Shown here: positions 1 through 10,622 of the stretch, in pieces | How positions within the stretch are numbered: position 1 is the first letter of the stretch | Layout of the letters: each line of letters begins with the position of its first letter | Assembly (NCBI GenBank): GCA_001643675.2 | Contig: LSRY02000032.1 | Location: 372,001 to 436,000 of the forward strand | Source of the DNA: Monocercomonoides exilis PA203 | Lineage: Eukaryota; Protista; Preaxostyla | Length of the DNA: 64,000 nucleotides | Direction: 5' to 3' | Notes under the pieces: generated by a model | Database searches by the model: none | What the model was told of the DNA's origin: nothing | What the model saw: the letters and a program-made list of their open reading frames with translations, nothing else | Translations under genes and position numbers: made by a program

Positions 1-2
1 TG

Positions 3-3000
3 GAAGACGATTCACAACAAGCAAACCCTTCACAGTTGCCTAGTTCTGCATCCAACTGCCCGTCCATTCCGTTCTCTCTCCCGTCGAGCTTCGAAGTGCT
101 TGGGTGTGTGATGCAGACGCCAGTGCTGGACTCACTGACAGCCTCCCTTTCGATGCTTTTTTCGGTGTCCAGGGCTGTTCCGCTTTCTGTGTGCGATGCG
201 ATGGAAGGGTGCTTTGTGCTGGAGTACATGAAAGGGATATATCTGCTCTCCCGGTTTTTCCTCATGCGCAAGTGCCGGCGCAGCATGCAGCTGAACCGCG
301 TGCTGGCAGACCTGCTCGAGTCGGTTTATGTGCAGAACTTGCTCTTCACTGAGTTCACACCGTTTCATCGGCTTGTCGTTCATCCAGGGTTGTGTTTGGG
401 GTCACATGCAAAAAGAAGAAGAAAAGAAAAAGTTGATCGAAGTGAAAAAGAAAAAAGATTCAAGCAAATAAACAAAGATAGTACTGAGGATTCTCGTCAT
501 TCACCTAATATTGACATTGAAATTGATGCAGATACCGCTTCCGATGATTCCAACAACTCAGAAAATAAAGAAGAGAAAATGGATGAAAACGGAAACAGTA
601 ACAATGAGGCTGCTGAACGAGGAAGCGCAGACACGGACAGTGAAAGTTGCAGTTCCGATGAAGGAAGCGCAATTAGCGAGAAGGAAGACACGTGCTCCCT
701 AATCTGCGCAGAAAAAGTGGCTGAAGAGCTGAAGGCGATGGGAAAGCAGCTCTCGTTCTACGGACGACTGAGAGAAATAGAAGCGATAAAGAACAGGGAA
801 GGAGAAGGTACACAAAGGAATGAAATGAATGAAAAGAAAAGCAGTCGCACCAGTGGGAAAGTTGAACCTTCAGCCGTCAAGAAGATCCTGGATTCTGTTC
901 GAGACGGTGTTCGGATGGCGTTTCAAAGCAAAACAGGGAATAATCTTCTGCCTCGAGAATCTTTCCCTCCCAATAGTGCTCCATTCCAGCCGTTCCGCAT
1001 AATCTCATCTTCCTCCTCCAATCCAGCAGCGGCAGCTGTTGCCCCATCTCCTTCTTCATCTGCCTCTTCCGCAACTGCTCTGATCACCACTCGCTCCGCC
1101 CCACCCACATCCTTCACCATCATCACAGGATACACAAGCATCGTTCTGCAGGAGCCCCACTCCGCACTCGACTTGGCGGTGCGTATTTCGCGTGCAGTGT
1201 CCCGCTTCCGCTGCAGCCTCTGCGCCAAAAGCGATGAGAGCAACAGACAAAACGGAGATGAGCATCAGTCACAGAATCACACTTGCCACAAGGGAACAAC
1301 AGCTAAAGAACAAAGAAGCAAAAGTGGATTTTCCTCAAAGGGACAGCCATTGTCTTCTTCTTCTTCTTCGAACTCTTCTTCCTCCTCTTCCTCTCCTTTA
1401 AATCTTTCTGCGCCTCTCTTTCGCAATCATTTATCTTCTTCTCTTTCCTCTCTTTCGTCGACTTCTTTTTCTTATTTTCCGTCTTCGATTTTGAGTACAT
1501 TTGGCGGCAACTGGATGTTTGGCTCTGAAGAAAACGCACCTTATGACGATCTCCTCTTATACGGACACTGCAGTGCTGCAGATGAAACAGAGAAGTCAAT
1601 GAACTCTATGAGAACTTGGCATTTTTCAAGCACTTCAACCTTTTCTAATAATTCTTCTTCAGATGTTTCACAGTCTGCTCCTTCTGTCAACTTTTCTTCA
1701 TCACCAGCTGAAGGCCATTCGATAGACTATCCAACGATTTCTCCTGTTTCTAGAAACAAGGCTGTATCATCTCTGATGAAGATGGCGGAGAATGTGGAGT
1801 TTGTGCAGCTGATGAATGCGCTCGGGATGCACGCGTCGTCGGCGCTGCTGATGGACCTGTCTGTCTGGTTTGACAAGGCTGTCTCTGTGAAGCAGAAGGG
1901 AAGCTCAAGAAAGGAGGAGGAGAAAGAGAAAGAGAGTGAGAAAGAGAAAGACGGAGAGGCTTCTTTGAATGAAAACGCTGTTCCACTGGCTGATGAGCTG
2001 ATTATGCAGACGCTGTTTGCCAACAACGACCCGATTGTGTCTGAAGTGATGGAGTCGCTTGCGGAAGACTCCTCTTCTGTATTTCTGGCTGGCCATCTGT
2101 TCTCTCCCAATCACTCTTCGAATTCTTCCTTGCCTTTTTCTTCTTCTTCTTCTTCACTTCATCCTTCAAAACAAACACGTTTGCTTTCTTCCAATTCACA
2201 AAGAAACCCACTTCATCAGCTGCACACTTCGGCCATTTCATCTGCACAATCCACTTCGCATCTCTCATCCTCCATTTCAGAAGCAGACACGATTCCAACA
2301 GAAGGTAACTTCAGTTGCAATAATAATAACAATGGAAGCAATTCCTCTTCTTTCACAGACTCTAAAGATCTGCCCCTGAGCAAACGACTTCACCTACCCC
2401 AACTGAAGTCTGTTGAACTGACATTGGGATGCTCCCGCATGATGTACTTAGTCTCCTGCAACAAACAGAACTCTCTTCAACTCCGAATTGTGTCTGGTCT
2501 TTCAAGCGCACATTATTTAGAAGTCACTTTTCTACCACTGAAGCCGCTTATCCTGCAGCCAATCTCAGACCTGCTGAATTTCCCGTTCATTGCGTTTTCC
2601 TACAAGCTGCAGCATGCAGCGGCTGTGGTTCGCCTGCTTAATCATGTTCAGACGCTGTTCATAGAAGCAGGCGCTGTGCCAGGTGCTCCTCTACTGTATG
2701 TGACAGACAACTCAGAAGGAGAAGAGCCGAAGGTGGTATCGTGTATTGAAGCATCCACAGAAAAAAGACAAGCAAATGATGAGAGCGGAACGGGAACTAG
2801 TGGGTGTGGGTTGGAACAACTATTTGCATCTCGCCCTGGATTGACAGGCAACAAGAAGAAGGAGACAGATGTTTCACTCTTACAAACTGATAAGGAAAAT
2901 ACAGAATGTGACGAGACACCTCAACATTCCTCACCAAAGAGAATGCACTCTGCCACTCTGTTCCATCTGAGCCATCCAAACTGGCTGGATGGTGAAACAG

Positions 3001-6000
3001 ACGAAGAGCTAATCAAAAACACTGTTGAAGCTGCAACGATGCAACGATACTACGTTTGCTCGTGTGGCGAGGTGAGAGAGCACGGAGTGCAGATTGATTT
3101 GACTTGTCTGTTTGAATGGCTGAAGATGCGGCCATACAAGGCATTTATGGACGCATTTGATTTTAACAATAAAGTTGGAGAAGCTCAACAGAAGCAGCAG
3201 AAGAGATCAAAGCTTTCTTCATCCACTCGATCTCCGTCTGGTTTCTCCAGTCCTGTTGAGCTGCTTCAATCTATTCTGTATCCGGATGACAAACCTGTTC
3301 TGGAATACACCATTCCTTATCCAATGACCGCACTGAAGGCAATTCTCGACTTCTGCACAAAGCGTAAAATCAGCGAGAAGCTGCAGAAGAGTGTCTCTCA
3401 GAATCACAGCTCGCCTTCTGCGTCAGCCAACACCTTTTCTGAGCTATATCAGTCACTGGAGGCAGAACTGGCTTCGATTCTTGGTGAGCTGATTGTCTCG
3501 TGTGCTGAAGACATCGAGCATACGCAGCAACAGAGCCTTCCCCCTTCGTTCAACTCAGCTGTGGCAGTCAGCACAAAAGGCGGAGCATCGCTCACTTGGC
3601 TTCACATAGTGTTTGTTGCGATGTGTTCCATGGTGTTTACTATCCTGGGGGCATATGACACTGCACTAGTAACTGCCAATGAGGTGGTGAAGCAAATTGT
3701 GGTGCATGTGCTACGCTTTGGGCTGCATCAGCTTCCGATGGGCATGTTTAATTCATACCCGTTTATCAGTTGTGTGCTGGTGTATGGCTTTCTCACACGA
3801 AAACATTCGCATAAAGAAATGGAAGAGTGGATACGCACAGCAACTGGAAGGGAAAGGAATACAGAAGCTGATATTCATCCAGGAAAGGGTACTGAGAATG
3901 AGGGGCAGACAATTGAGATTGGAGAAAATGGAAGCACAGAAAGCAAAGATGGCAGAACAACAAATGGAGAATGTGATAAAAGCAAGGAATGCCAAGCAAC
4001 AGACGATGAAGAGTTGTTTTTCCTTGTGGAAGACAAGACTCTATTGAGCGAGTCATTAATGGCCCATTTTGTGCTGATGCAGATGATGATGGAGCAGCAA
4101 GGCGACCAGAAAGTGGCGCAGCTGTTTCCTCTCTCGTTCTCGTTTTTCCAGCATCTTGTGGCTGACATAGCTGCAGATGAAAGCTACCGTGAGATTATGA
4201 CCCCTTTATTTATGGAGACGGTGAGATTCTTCATGAGCCATTACAAACACATGCACACAGCAATTGGGCTGTTTCCGCCAGAGTTTGTGGAGGTGGTGCC
4301 TGCACACAGCAGCAACACAGTCGATATCCATATGAGCAATGGGAAAGTATTCAGAACAGAAGAACTGAATATCTCGAGGATCTTTCGTGCAATGGTTGAG
4401 GAGAAGAAATTGCTGGAGAGGCAAAGAAGTGAGGCAAAGCGGAGAATTGGAGAGAGAGGCAGTGAGAATGGTGAAAGAGAAGATGAAGATGAAGATGAAG
4501 GAGATGAAGGAGAAGAGGAGGAAGATGAGAAAAGCAAGAGAGAAAGAAGACTGTCACAACAATTGAAGGACGTGGAAGAGAAAGAAAAGAAATTGAACAA
4601 TATCTTTCAGGCGATTGAGAAAGGCAAAAGAGAAATTAAACAAATGGAAGAAGACAGCATGAAAGAAATGGAAAGTTTCCACAAATATTCATCAGATCCT
4701 GAAATGGATGATGTGAGAAAGAAAGAGAAGGAAGGAATTGGTATGGGAAAATTGAAAGGAAGAGGAAAGGGAAAGGGAAAGGGAAACGGGAAAGGGAAAG
4801 GGAAGAAAGGAAGAGGAGGAAAAGAAGAGAGAGAAGAGGAAGAAAGGGCAGAGCAGGCTGAACGAGAGATGGATCGAGTGCTGATGGTGGAGAGTGTGAT
4901 GAAGCAGCTGTTTGAAGAGAGCGATGAACAGAAGATTGGCAAGGGCACAACAAAAGAAGAAGGAGAAGAAGAGAAACAAAAGAAAAATCTGGCAAAACCT
5001 GAGTTGAAAAGTCAGAGAGCTGTTTTGGCAGGAGATAAAGGCAGAGGAGGTGGGATGAGCATGGTTGAAGAGAATGACATGTATGAAGAAGAGAAAGAGT
5101 TTGAGGCAGGGGATGAGATGGAGATTGCTGCAAAGAGCGAAGAGAAACAGGAGGAAGAAAAGAAGGAAAAGGAAAAGGAAGAGAAAGCTGTTGATTACAC
5201 AAAGATGAAGCAACAGGAAAACATTGAAATGAACAAAAACAAAAGGGCAAAAATAGCTCAAACAGAAGAGCTTCCGCCAAAAATGAAGCGAAGGAGATCA
5301 AATGTCCGAACACGGAAAGAATGGAAAAGCACATTTGGAAGACTGAAAAGGCGCGCAATGGCAAAGAAGAGGCAGGAAGAGCAGCAAGACAGCAGCTCAG
5401 ATCCATTTGAAAGCAGAGACGAAAGCGACACAGATGAGGAGATGAGCAAAGAGGATGAGAGCAGCGAGAGAGGAGATGAAAGCGATACTGATGAGGATGT
5501 GGACACATCTGAAAGTGGAGACTCAGACGAATCGATAAGCAGACAGAGCTCTCCGCTCAGCGGGCTTTTGCTGCCAAAGCCTATTCTTTATGACAAATCT
5601 TCAATGCAGTCATTAACATCTGCAGAAGAGGAACATGACAATAAACAAGAAAAAGGTGAAGAAGAGGAAACAGAAGAGATAAAAGAAAACGATCCAGAAT
5701 CTCTTCGACTTCCTGCTCTTTCGCCAGAGCTCGAATTTTCAACACCTGATTCATATTATCCATTCCTTTCATCATCACCGCCTTCATATCCATCATCGTC
5801 CTCTTCTTCCTCATTCACCAATTCGCATTATTCCACTTCTGCTTCCTCTCCCCGCTTTCCAACTTCTTCGCCTCATCTTTCTCCTCATTCTGCTGCCCCG
5901 TCGTACCAAACAGCTTCAGGAGCCAGTTTTTCGGGTTATCCAATCAACACATTTTCTCCTTCGACAACTCCTCTTTCAGCATATTCAGATCCGTCTTTTC

Positions 6001-6785
6001 AAGTTTCTTACGGCTCCCATTTTTCTCAGCCGCAAGTGTTTTCTGGAGCAGGCAATAAACAACCTCCTCCTTCGTTTTTCCCTTCTTCATATCCTGCGGT
6101 TGCTGCGCATGCCTTGCCTTCTTATTCAAATGCTTCTTCTCCTTCACCCTCTTCTTACATAAACACACTGCCTATGTTTTCATTTGGCTCTCTTTCAGGT
6201 TTTCCATCTTCTGTTCCATCGGTCCAATCTTCATCTTCAACTTCATCATCATCATCTTCTTCTTCTTCAGCTCTTCCTCCTTTATTGCAACCATCTCCTC
6301 AGCCACAATCAATAACTTCCTCTACTGATTCGGTTGCTCTGCCATTTCCGCATTCTTCATCAACCACCGGGCTTTTTGACGACTTCCAAGCCAATTCAAA
6401 GGACGAGACACACGATGGGCGGAAGGCAAGAGCGGCAGGCTCGCCTCTTCAGAGCAGTGCACAGGACTCACTCTATCTTCAAGCAGATGAATTCGCTTCT
6501 CTGCTTCCTGGCTCTTCCACTTCGTCATCTTTGCCTTTGCCTTTGAATTCATCGTCTTCATCGTCATCTTTACCATCGTCTTTCATTCACGCTGAGGAAT
6601 CGCCTCGCCTGACGAATGATTTGTATGGCATTCTGGGAGAAGACGAGGATGAGGACGAATTTGAATCTTCGCTGTTTTCTTTACCAGACGACGCAATGGA
6701 AAAATACGATGCGCGCAGTGGAACGAAAAAGGAGCTGCCGAGTGTTCTGGGATCTGCTTTTGCCATGTCTTGGATACCAATTTAG
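3..6785 (+). CDS. Large hypothetical protein, 3' part (>2250 aa; Ser-rich, Glu/Lys-rich and GK-repeat low-complexity segments); 5' end lies upstream of the window
   Basis: The frame is open from the window start (GAA GAC GAT... EDDSQQANPSQLP) to TAG at 6783-6785, followed by AT-rich intergenic DNA. No domain recognised. Confidence 0.85.
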   Translation, partial: EDDSQQANPSQLPSSASNCPSIPFSLPSSFEVLGCVMQTPVLDSLTASLSMLFSVSRAVPLSVCDAMEGCFVLEYMKGIYLLSRFFLMRKCRRSMQLNRVLADLLESVYVQNLLFTEFTPFHRLVVHPGLCLGSHAKRRRKEKVDRSEKEKRFKQINKDSTEDSRHSPNIDIEIDADTASDDSNNSENKEEKMDENGNSNNEAAERGSADTDSESCSSDEGSAISEKEDTCSLICAEKVAEELKAMGKQLSFYGRLREIEAIKNREGEGTQRNEMNEKKSSRTSGKVEPSAVKKILDSVRDGVRMAFQSKTGNNLLPRESFPPNSAPFQPFRIISSSSSNPAAAAVAPSPSSSASSATALITTRSAPPTSFTIITGYTSIVLQEPHSALDLAVRISRAVSRFRCSLCAKSDESNRQNGDEHQSQNHTCHKGTTAKEQRSKSGFSSKGQPLSSSSSSNSSSSSSSPLNLSAPLFRNHLSSSLSSLSSTSFSYFPSSILSTFGGNWMFGSEENAPYDDLLLYGHCSAADETEKSMNSMRTWHFSSTSTFSNNSSSDVSQSAPSVNFSSSPAEGHSIDYPTISPVSRNKAVSSLMKMAENVEFVQLMNALGMHASSALLMDLSVWFDKAVSVKQKGSSRKEEEKEKESEKEKDGEASLNENAVPLADELIMQTLFANNDPIVSEVMESLAEDSSSVFLAGHLFSPNHSSNSSLPFSSSSSSLHPSKQTRLLSSNSQRNPLHQLHTSAISSAQSTSHLSSSISEADTIPTEGNFSCNNNNNGSNSSSFTDSKDLPLSKRLHLPQLKSVELTLGCSRMMYLVSCNKQNSLQLRIVSGLSSAHYLEVTFLPLKPLILQPISDLLNFPFIAFSYKLQHAAAVVRLLNHVQTLFIEAGAVPGAPLLYVTDNSEGEEPKVVSCIEASTEKRQANDESGTGTSGCGLEQLFASRPGLTGNKKKETDVSLLQTDKENTECDETPQHSSPKRMHSATLFHLSHPNWLDGETDEELIKNTVEAATMQRYYVCSCGEVREHGVQIDLTCLFEWLKMRPYKAFMDAFDFNNKVGEAQQKQQKRSKLSSSTRSPSGFSSPVELLQSILYPDDKPVLEYTIPYPMTALKAILDFCTKRKISEKLQKSVSQNHSSPSASANTFSELYQSLEAELASILGELIVSCAEDIEHTQQQSLPPSFNSAVAVSTKGGASLTWLHIVFVAMCSMVFTILGAYDTALVTANEVVKQIVVHVLRFGLHQLPMGMFNSYPFISCVLVYGFLTRKHSHKEMEEWIRTATGRERNTEADIHPGKGTENEGQTIEIGENGSTESKDGRTTNGECDKSKECQATDDEELFFLVEDKTLLSESLMAHFVLMQMMMEQQGDQKVAQLFPLSFSFFQHLVADIAADESYREIMTPLFMETVRFFMSHYKHMHTAIGLFPPEFVEVVPAHSSNTVDIHMSNGKVFRTEELNISRIFRAMVEEKKLLERQRSEAKRRIGERGSENGEREDEDEDEGDEGEEEEDEKSKRERRLSQQLKDVEEKEKKLNNIFQAIEKGKREIKQMEEDSMKEMESFHKYSSDPEMDDVRKKEKEGIGMGKLKGRGKGKGKGNGKGKGKKGRGGKEEREEEERAEQAEREMDRVLMVESVMKQLFEESDEQKIGKGTTKEEGEEEKQKKNLAKPELKSQRAVLAGDKGRGGGMSMVEENDMYEEEKEFEAGDEMEIAAKSEEKQEEEKKEKEKEEKAVDYTKMKQQENIEMNKNKRAKIAQTEELPPKMKRRRSNVRTRKEWKSTFGRLKRRAMAKKRQEEQQDSSSDPFESRDESDTDEEMSKEDESSERGDESDTDEDVDTSESGDSDESISRQSSPLSGLLLPKPILYDKSSMQSLTSAEEEHDNKQEKGEEEETEEIKENDPESLRLPALSPELEFSTPDSYYPFLSSSPPSYPSSSSSSSFTNSHYSTSASSPRFPTSSPHLSPHSAAPSYQTASGASFSGYPINTFSPSTTPLSAYSDPSFQVSYGSHFSQPQVFSGAGNKQPPPSFFPSSYPAVAAHALPSYSNASSPSPSSYINTLPMFSFGSLSGFPSSVPSVQSSSSTSSSSSSSSSALPPLLQPSPQPQSITSSTDSVALPFPHSSSTTGLFDDFQANSKDETHDGRKARAAGSPLQSSAQDSLYLQADEFASLLPGSSTSSSLPLPLNSSSSSSSLPSSFIHAEESPRLTNDLYGILGEDEDEDEFESSLFSLPDDAMEKYDARSGTKKELPSVLGSAFAMSWIPI

Positions 6786-7884
6786 AATATTTATTTGCTT
6801 GAACGTTTAAAAAGGAAAACTCGGAGATTTTTATGCTTATTTTTTTTTTCAAATGTAATTTAATTCAGAGTCATGCTTTTGATAATCATTTTTCGTTTTT
6901 ACCAAGGGACAAGATGAAAAATTTGAAAAAGAAACACTTTTATTGCAATCTTTCATTGAAAAAGACTTTCACGAACAAAAGTGTTATTTTGAAGGAATGA
7001 AAATACGAACAAGGTGTAATAACATTATTAAGCGTTTGTTTGAATGTTGAATGCTTTTTTTTTTTTGGTTTATTTTTTCCCCCCAAATTTCTAACTCTCG
7101 CTTTTGAGATAATTGCTTCAAGTTTTTACAAAAATAAAGATTTATTTATTTTTTGGGCTCTGTTGTTGATTGCTTTCATTGTAATAAATAATTTACGTTT
7201 CCCAAACAAATCAACGACTGAAGAAGGCAAAAAAGAAAAAGAAAAAAAATCTCAAACGATAATAAAAATAAATGGAAAGCATGACCAGTAACCATGGCAT
7301 CGCTGTTGTTGAGCGAAGATATAGAAAACCAGCCAAAAAATCAACATCTGCACTTCTCAATGCGGTTGTACCTCTGGTTAAAAATCAAGCAACCAAAAAG
7401 GAAAGCAACCAGGAAAGAAAAAAGGAAACAAAATTGTAAGGATAATCAAACATAAAACAAAATAATGAAATCACAAAATACAAAAGCTCATTTGATGAAA
7501 ATTAAGAGGGTTCTTTGATGATTTTGCAGAAACACTTGAATCATCAACTCTGCTTGTCTCAAAAAAATGTCAATCAAAAAAATAGCCTTCAAACAAAGGC
7601 AAATCGAATGAAAAACATACATATTAGATTATAAATAAATAAATAAATAAATAAAATAAAATAAAAAAAAAGTTCATTTATTAGAGAACGAAAATATGCT
7701 GATAACGAAACCATCAAATACATATTCGCTGGAATTTGTTTGAAAAAAAAAGAGAGAAAGAGAGAGCGGAAAGAATTAAAAGGTCGATTCTCTTTCAAAA
7801 CAAAACAAGAACAGAAAAACAAAAAATAAGCAGAAAAGATCAGCTGATCTCTTCATCTGCTTGATCCTCTGATAAAGTTTCTCA

Positions 7885-9594
7885 TTATCTTGTTGCTCCA
7901 ATTAAAAGTAATTCACTGCTCCTATCTGCGTTCATCCTCTTTCTTTTCTTCACAACATACACAACCACAATTACTACAACCACAATAATAATCACAGCGG
8001 CTACTAAGCCTATAACAAGTCCAACAATCCCACCAGTTGACAGCGCACTTTTCATCATATCATCAAAATTCCCTTGTGAACGGCTGAATGTCCGTGGCTT
8101 CCTGCTCGACGAAGTCGTCCCCTCAAAATTATCTTTCGTAAATTCCCCCTTTGTCTTGTTCGTAACAATAAATATGTCGCTCGCATACATCTCTTTTGTA
8201 ATCTCAAATCTTTCCTTTGACGGATAATTCAATGTTTTGAAAAACTTTTCACTGTTTCCTTTCGCCTTGTTTTCTTTAAATTTGCTGTCCAGAATGTGAA
8301 GCAACGAAGCATTATCAACAAACAAAAATGTCATTGCCCCGCCGCTGAACCCTGCCTCGCATCTCTCAATCACTGCCTCCTTGATTGTCAATGACTTAAT
8401 CTCCGAAAAGAAGAATGCCCCACCACAGTCTGTTCCGCTCCCTGTTGTCGTCCTGCACTTCTTTATTGTCAGTCCCTCCCATATTGTTTCGAAGCTCAGT
8501 TCTGCTGCCATAAACCCTCCCGCACCAGCAATGCACCCTTCTCCGCTCACGTCTGATATGAGGCACTTTCCATCACTAATGAGAATTGCTCCGCCTTGAG
8601 TCATCCCAGGGCCTATCCCAAGCAATTCGCCGCCTGTAGCAGTGCATCCAATAAAATTGCTTGACTTCAAAACAACAACAGAACCATGTTCTGAAGATAA
8701 CAGCGCACCCCCTCCAACCACAGCCAAGCAAGTTTCAAAAGTGCACGAAATAACCTCCGCTGTTGCTGATCCAATAACAAGTCCTCCACCACCTATTCCT
8801 TTGCACGACGAGAATGTGCAATCTGTAAAAGTTGAAACTCCATTACCAACTATCTGTGTGGAAGAGAATGTCTTTCCCTCGTGTGACACTCCAACTGCCT
8901 GTCCAAGCAGCCCATTTGCACCCAACCGAAATTGCAAGTTGTGTGCGCACCGGCAGAAGCTGCAATTGCTCGAAGCAAACCCGTGCACATTCATCCCTCC
9001 CATGACTCCGCCATAAAAAACGTTCTGGCAATCGAAAAAGCTCGATCCACTCAAATGCGTCTCCAAACACCCGGGCGCATGCAGGAGCCCAACAAATCCG
9101 TTTTGCTTTGAAACATTCCGGAATTCACAGCTCTCAGCACTCACGCTCTTCCCCTGCACAGGAAGGAAAGAGCCACTTCCCACACACACAAATTCTCCAA
9201 ACTTCGTGTTCCTCAGCATCACTGTCTCCTGCATGCCTCTGCACTCGCAAAAACATGCAACGGTGCGATCCCGTGGCATTCCAAGCTCGATGCCATTTGC
9301 AATCAGCGACGATCCATCAAGCAAAAAAGGTGACTTTTCGGTGTTTGTCGCTTCAACCACACATCCCTCCAGGACCGCTTCAGAACCTGCCACAAACGCG
9401 CCAATTGAGCCTTCCTGCAGGCCCACCAGCTTGGCATGCACAATTCTCACCGAGGAATTCGCTGCCTTCGCCAAGCAACCAATTCCATTTTCTCTGCCTG
9501 AAGCCCCAAGAGTGGTCATCTCCACAGCTCCTGCTTGCACTTCAAGCACATTCAGCCCCACAGCGCAAATGAACGCAATCCAAAGTGTATTCAT
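7885..9594 (-). CDS. Type I membrane surface protein with a predicted beta-helix / polymorphic-membrane-protein (Pmp)-like ectodomain
   Basis: Signal-peptide-like MNTLWIAFICAVGL (ATG 9594). Repeated GGA[LIFM] and FxxC motifs. C-terminal TM helix GGIVGLVIGLVAAVIIIVVVVIVVVYVV, then KKRKR and a short tail. Confidence 0.75.
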   Translation of the reverse strand: MNTLWIAFICAVGLNVLEVQAGAVEMTTLGASGRENGIGCLAKAANSSVRIVHAKLVGLQEGSIGAFVAGSEAVLEGCVVEATNTEKSPFLLDGSSLIANGIELGMPRDRTVACFCECRGMQETVMLRNTKFGEFVCVGSGSFLPVQGKSVSAESCEFRNVSKQNGFVGLLHAPGCLETHLSGSSFFDCQNVFYGGVMGGMNVHGFASSNCSFCRCAHNLQFRLGANGLLGQAVGVSHEGKTFSSTQIVGNGVSTFTDCTFSSCKGIGGGGLVIGSATAEVISCTFETCLAVVGGGALLSSEHGSVVVLKSSNFIGCTATGGELLGIGPGMTQGGAILISDGKCLISDVSGEGCIAGAGGFMAAELSFETIWEGLTIKKCRTTTGSGTDCGGAFFFSEIKSLTIKEAVIERCEAGFSGGAMTFLFVDNASLLHILDSKFKENKAKGNSEKFFKTLNYPSKERFEITKEMYASDIFIVTNKTKGEFTKDNFEGTTSSSRKPRTFSRSQGNFDDMMKSALSTGGIVGLVIGLVAAVIIIVVVVIVVVYVVKKRKRMNADRSSELLLIGATR

Positions 9595-10622
9595 AAAAGA
9601 GCCAAGAAAATCGTTCAACAACAAAAAGTGTTATCAATAATATGGCCAAGATCATCATAAACATTTTTTTGTTAAAAGAAAAAGAAATACTTTGCAGAAA
9701 GAAAACATTGTCGGGTGTGAACAAGACACAACTCTTATGAAAAAGAATTTGAAACAAAAGGATATTTTTTTCTTGTTTCATCTCAAAATCTGAAGGATTT
9801 CTATTTGAATCTTTAAAAGTTTTTTTTCATTTTATTTTTTGATGATGCACTGTTCAACGCAATCGCACCTTCAAAGTTTATACGAATGCATACGCATTTC
9901 ACTGACTATTGCTGCTTCTTGCAGTTGGCTCGCTGCTCTCAAGCGCAAGAAAAGAGCCAAGAAAAAACACCCAAATCGAAAAAAAAGCAGTTCTGTTGAA
10001 AACAGATGAATCAGATGATGTGAAAGACAACAGCAAACATAACACAAAATCTGAAGAATATAATAATTGAACAAGGCAGAGCATACAAGCAAAAAAACAA
10101 ACTAAACAATAACAACAATCACAATAATAACATTAACATAAAACTGAAAAAGAAACAAAACAAAACAAAAACGTTCAGAATACAAAAATGTGATGTGATT
10201 GAAGAATACACCGAAGTGCTAAAGACAAAGAACACATTTTTCAGAATCAGCCCACATCAAACATCTGTCTGCAGCTGCCAGCACCCGCCCCGCCTCTCAC
10301 ACGCATTTGGCAGTTCCATCTGCAAACTTCCACCTTTCCCTCTCCTCAGACACACAGCACACCCAAAGCTGTGCACGCATTGCAAGCACACCGCCAACCC
10401 AACACACACCAGTGAAGTGCTCAATCCTGCCATTGATGTTGCGTCTGCCACAAAACTCTTCCCATTTTAAAAAGAAAAACGAATAACCAAGAAAAAAAGA
10501 ATGAGAGAGAATGAAAGAGAGTTGCCAGCACCACCACTTCCACAACCACCACCAATGCAACCCCCTCTTTCTTTTTCCCCTCCCCCTCCCTCTCCGCCTC
10601 CACCGCCCTTCATCTGAAATGC

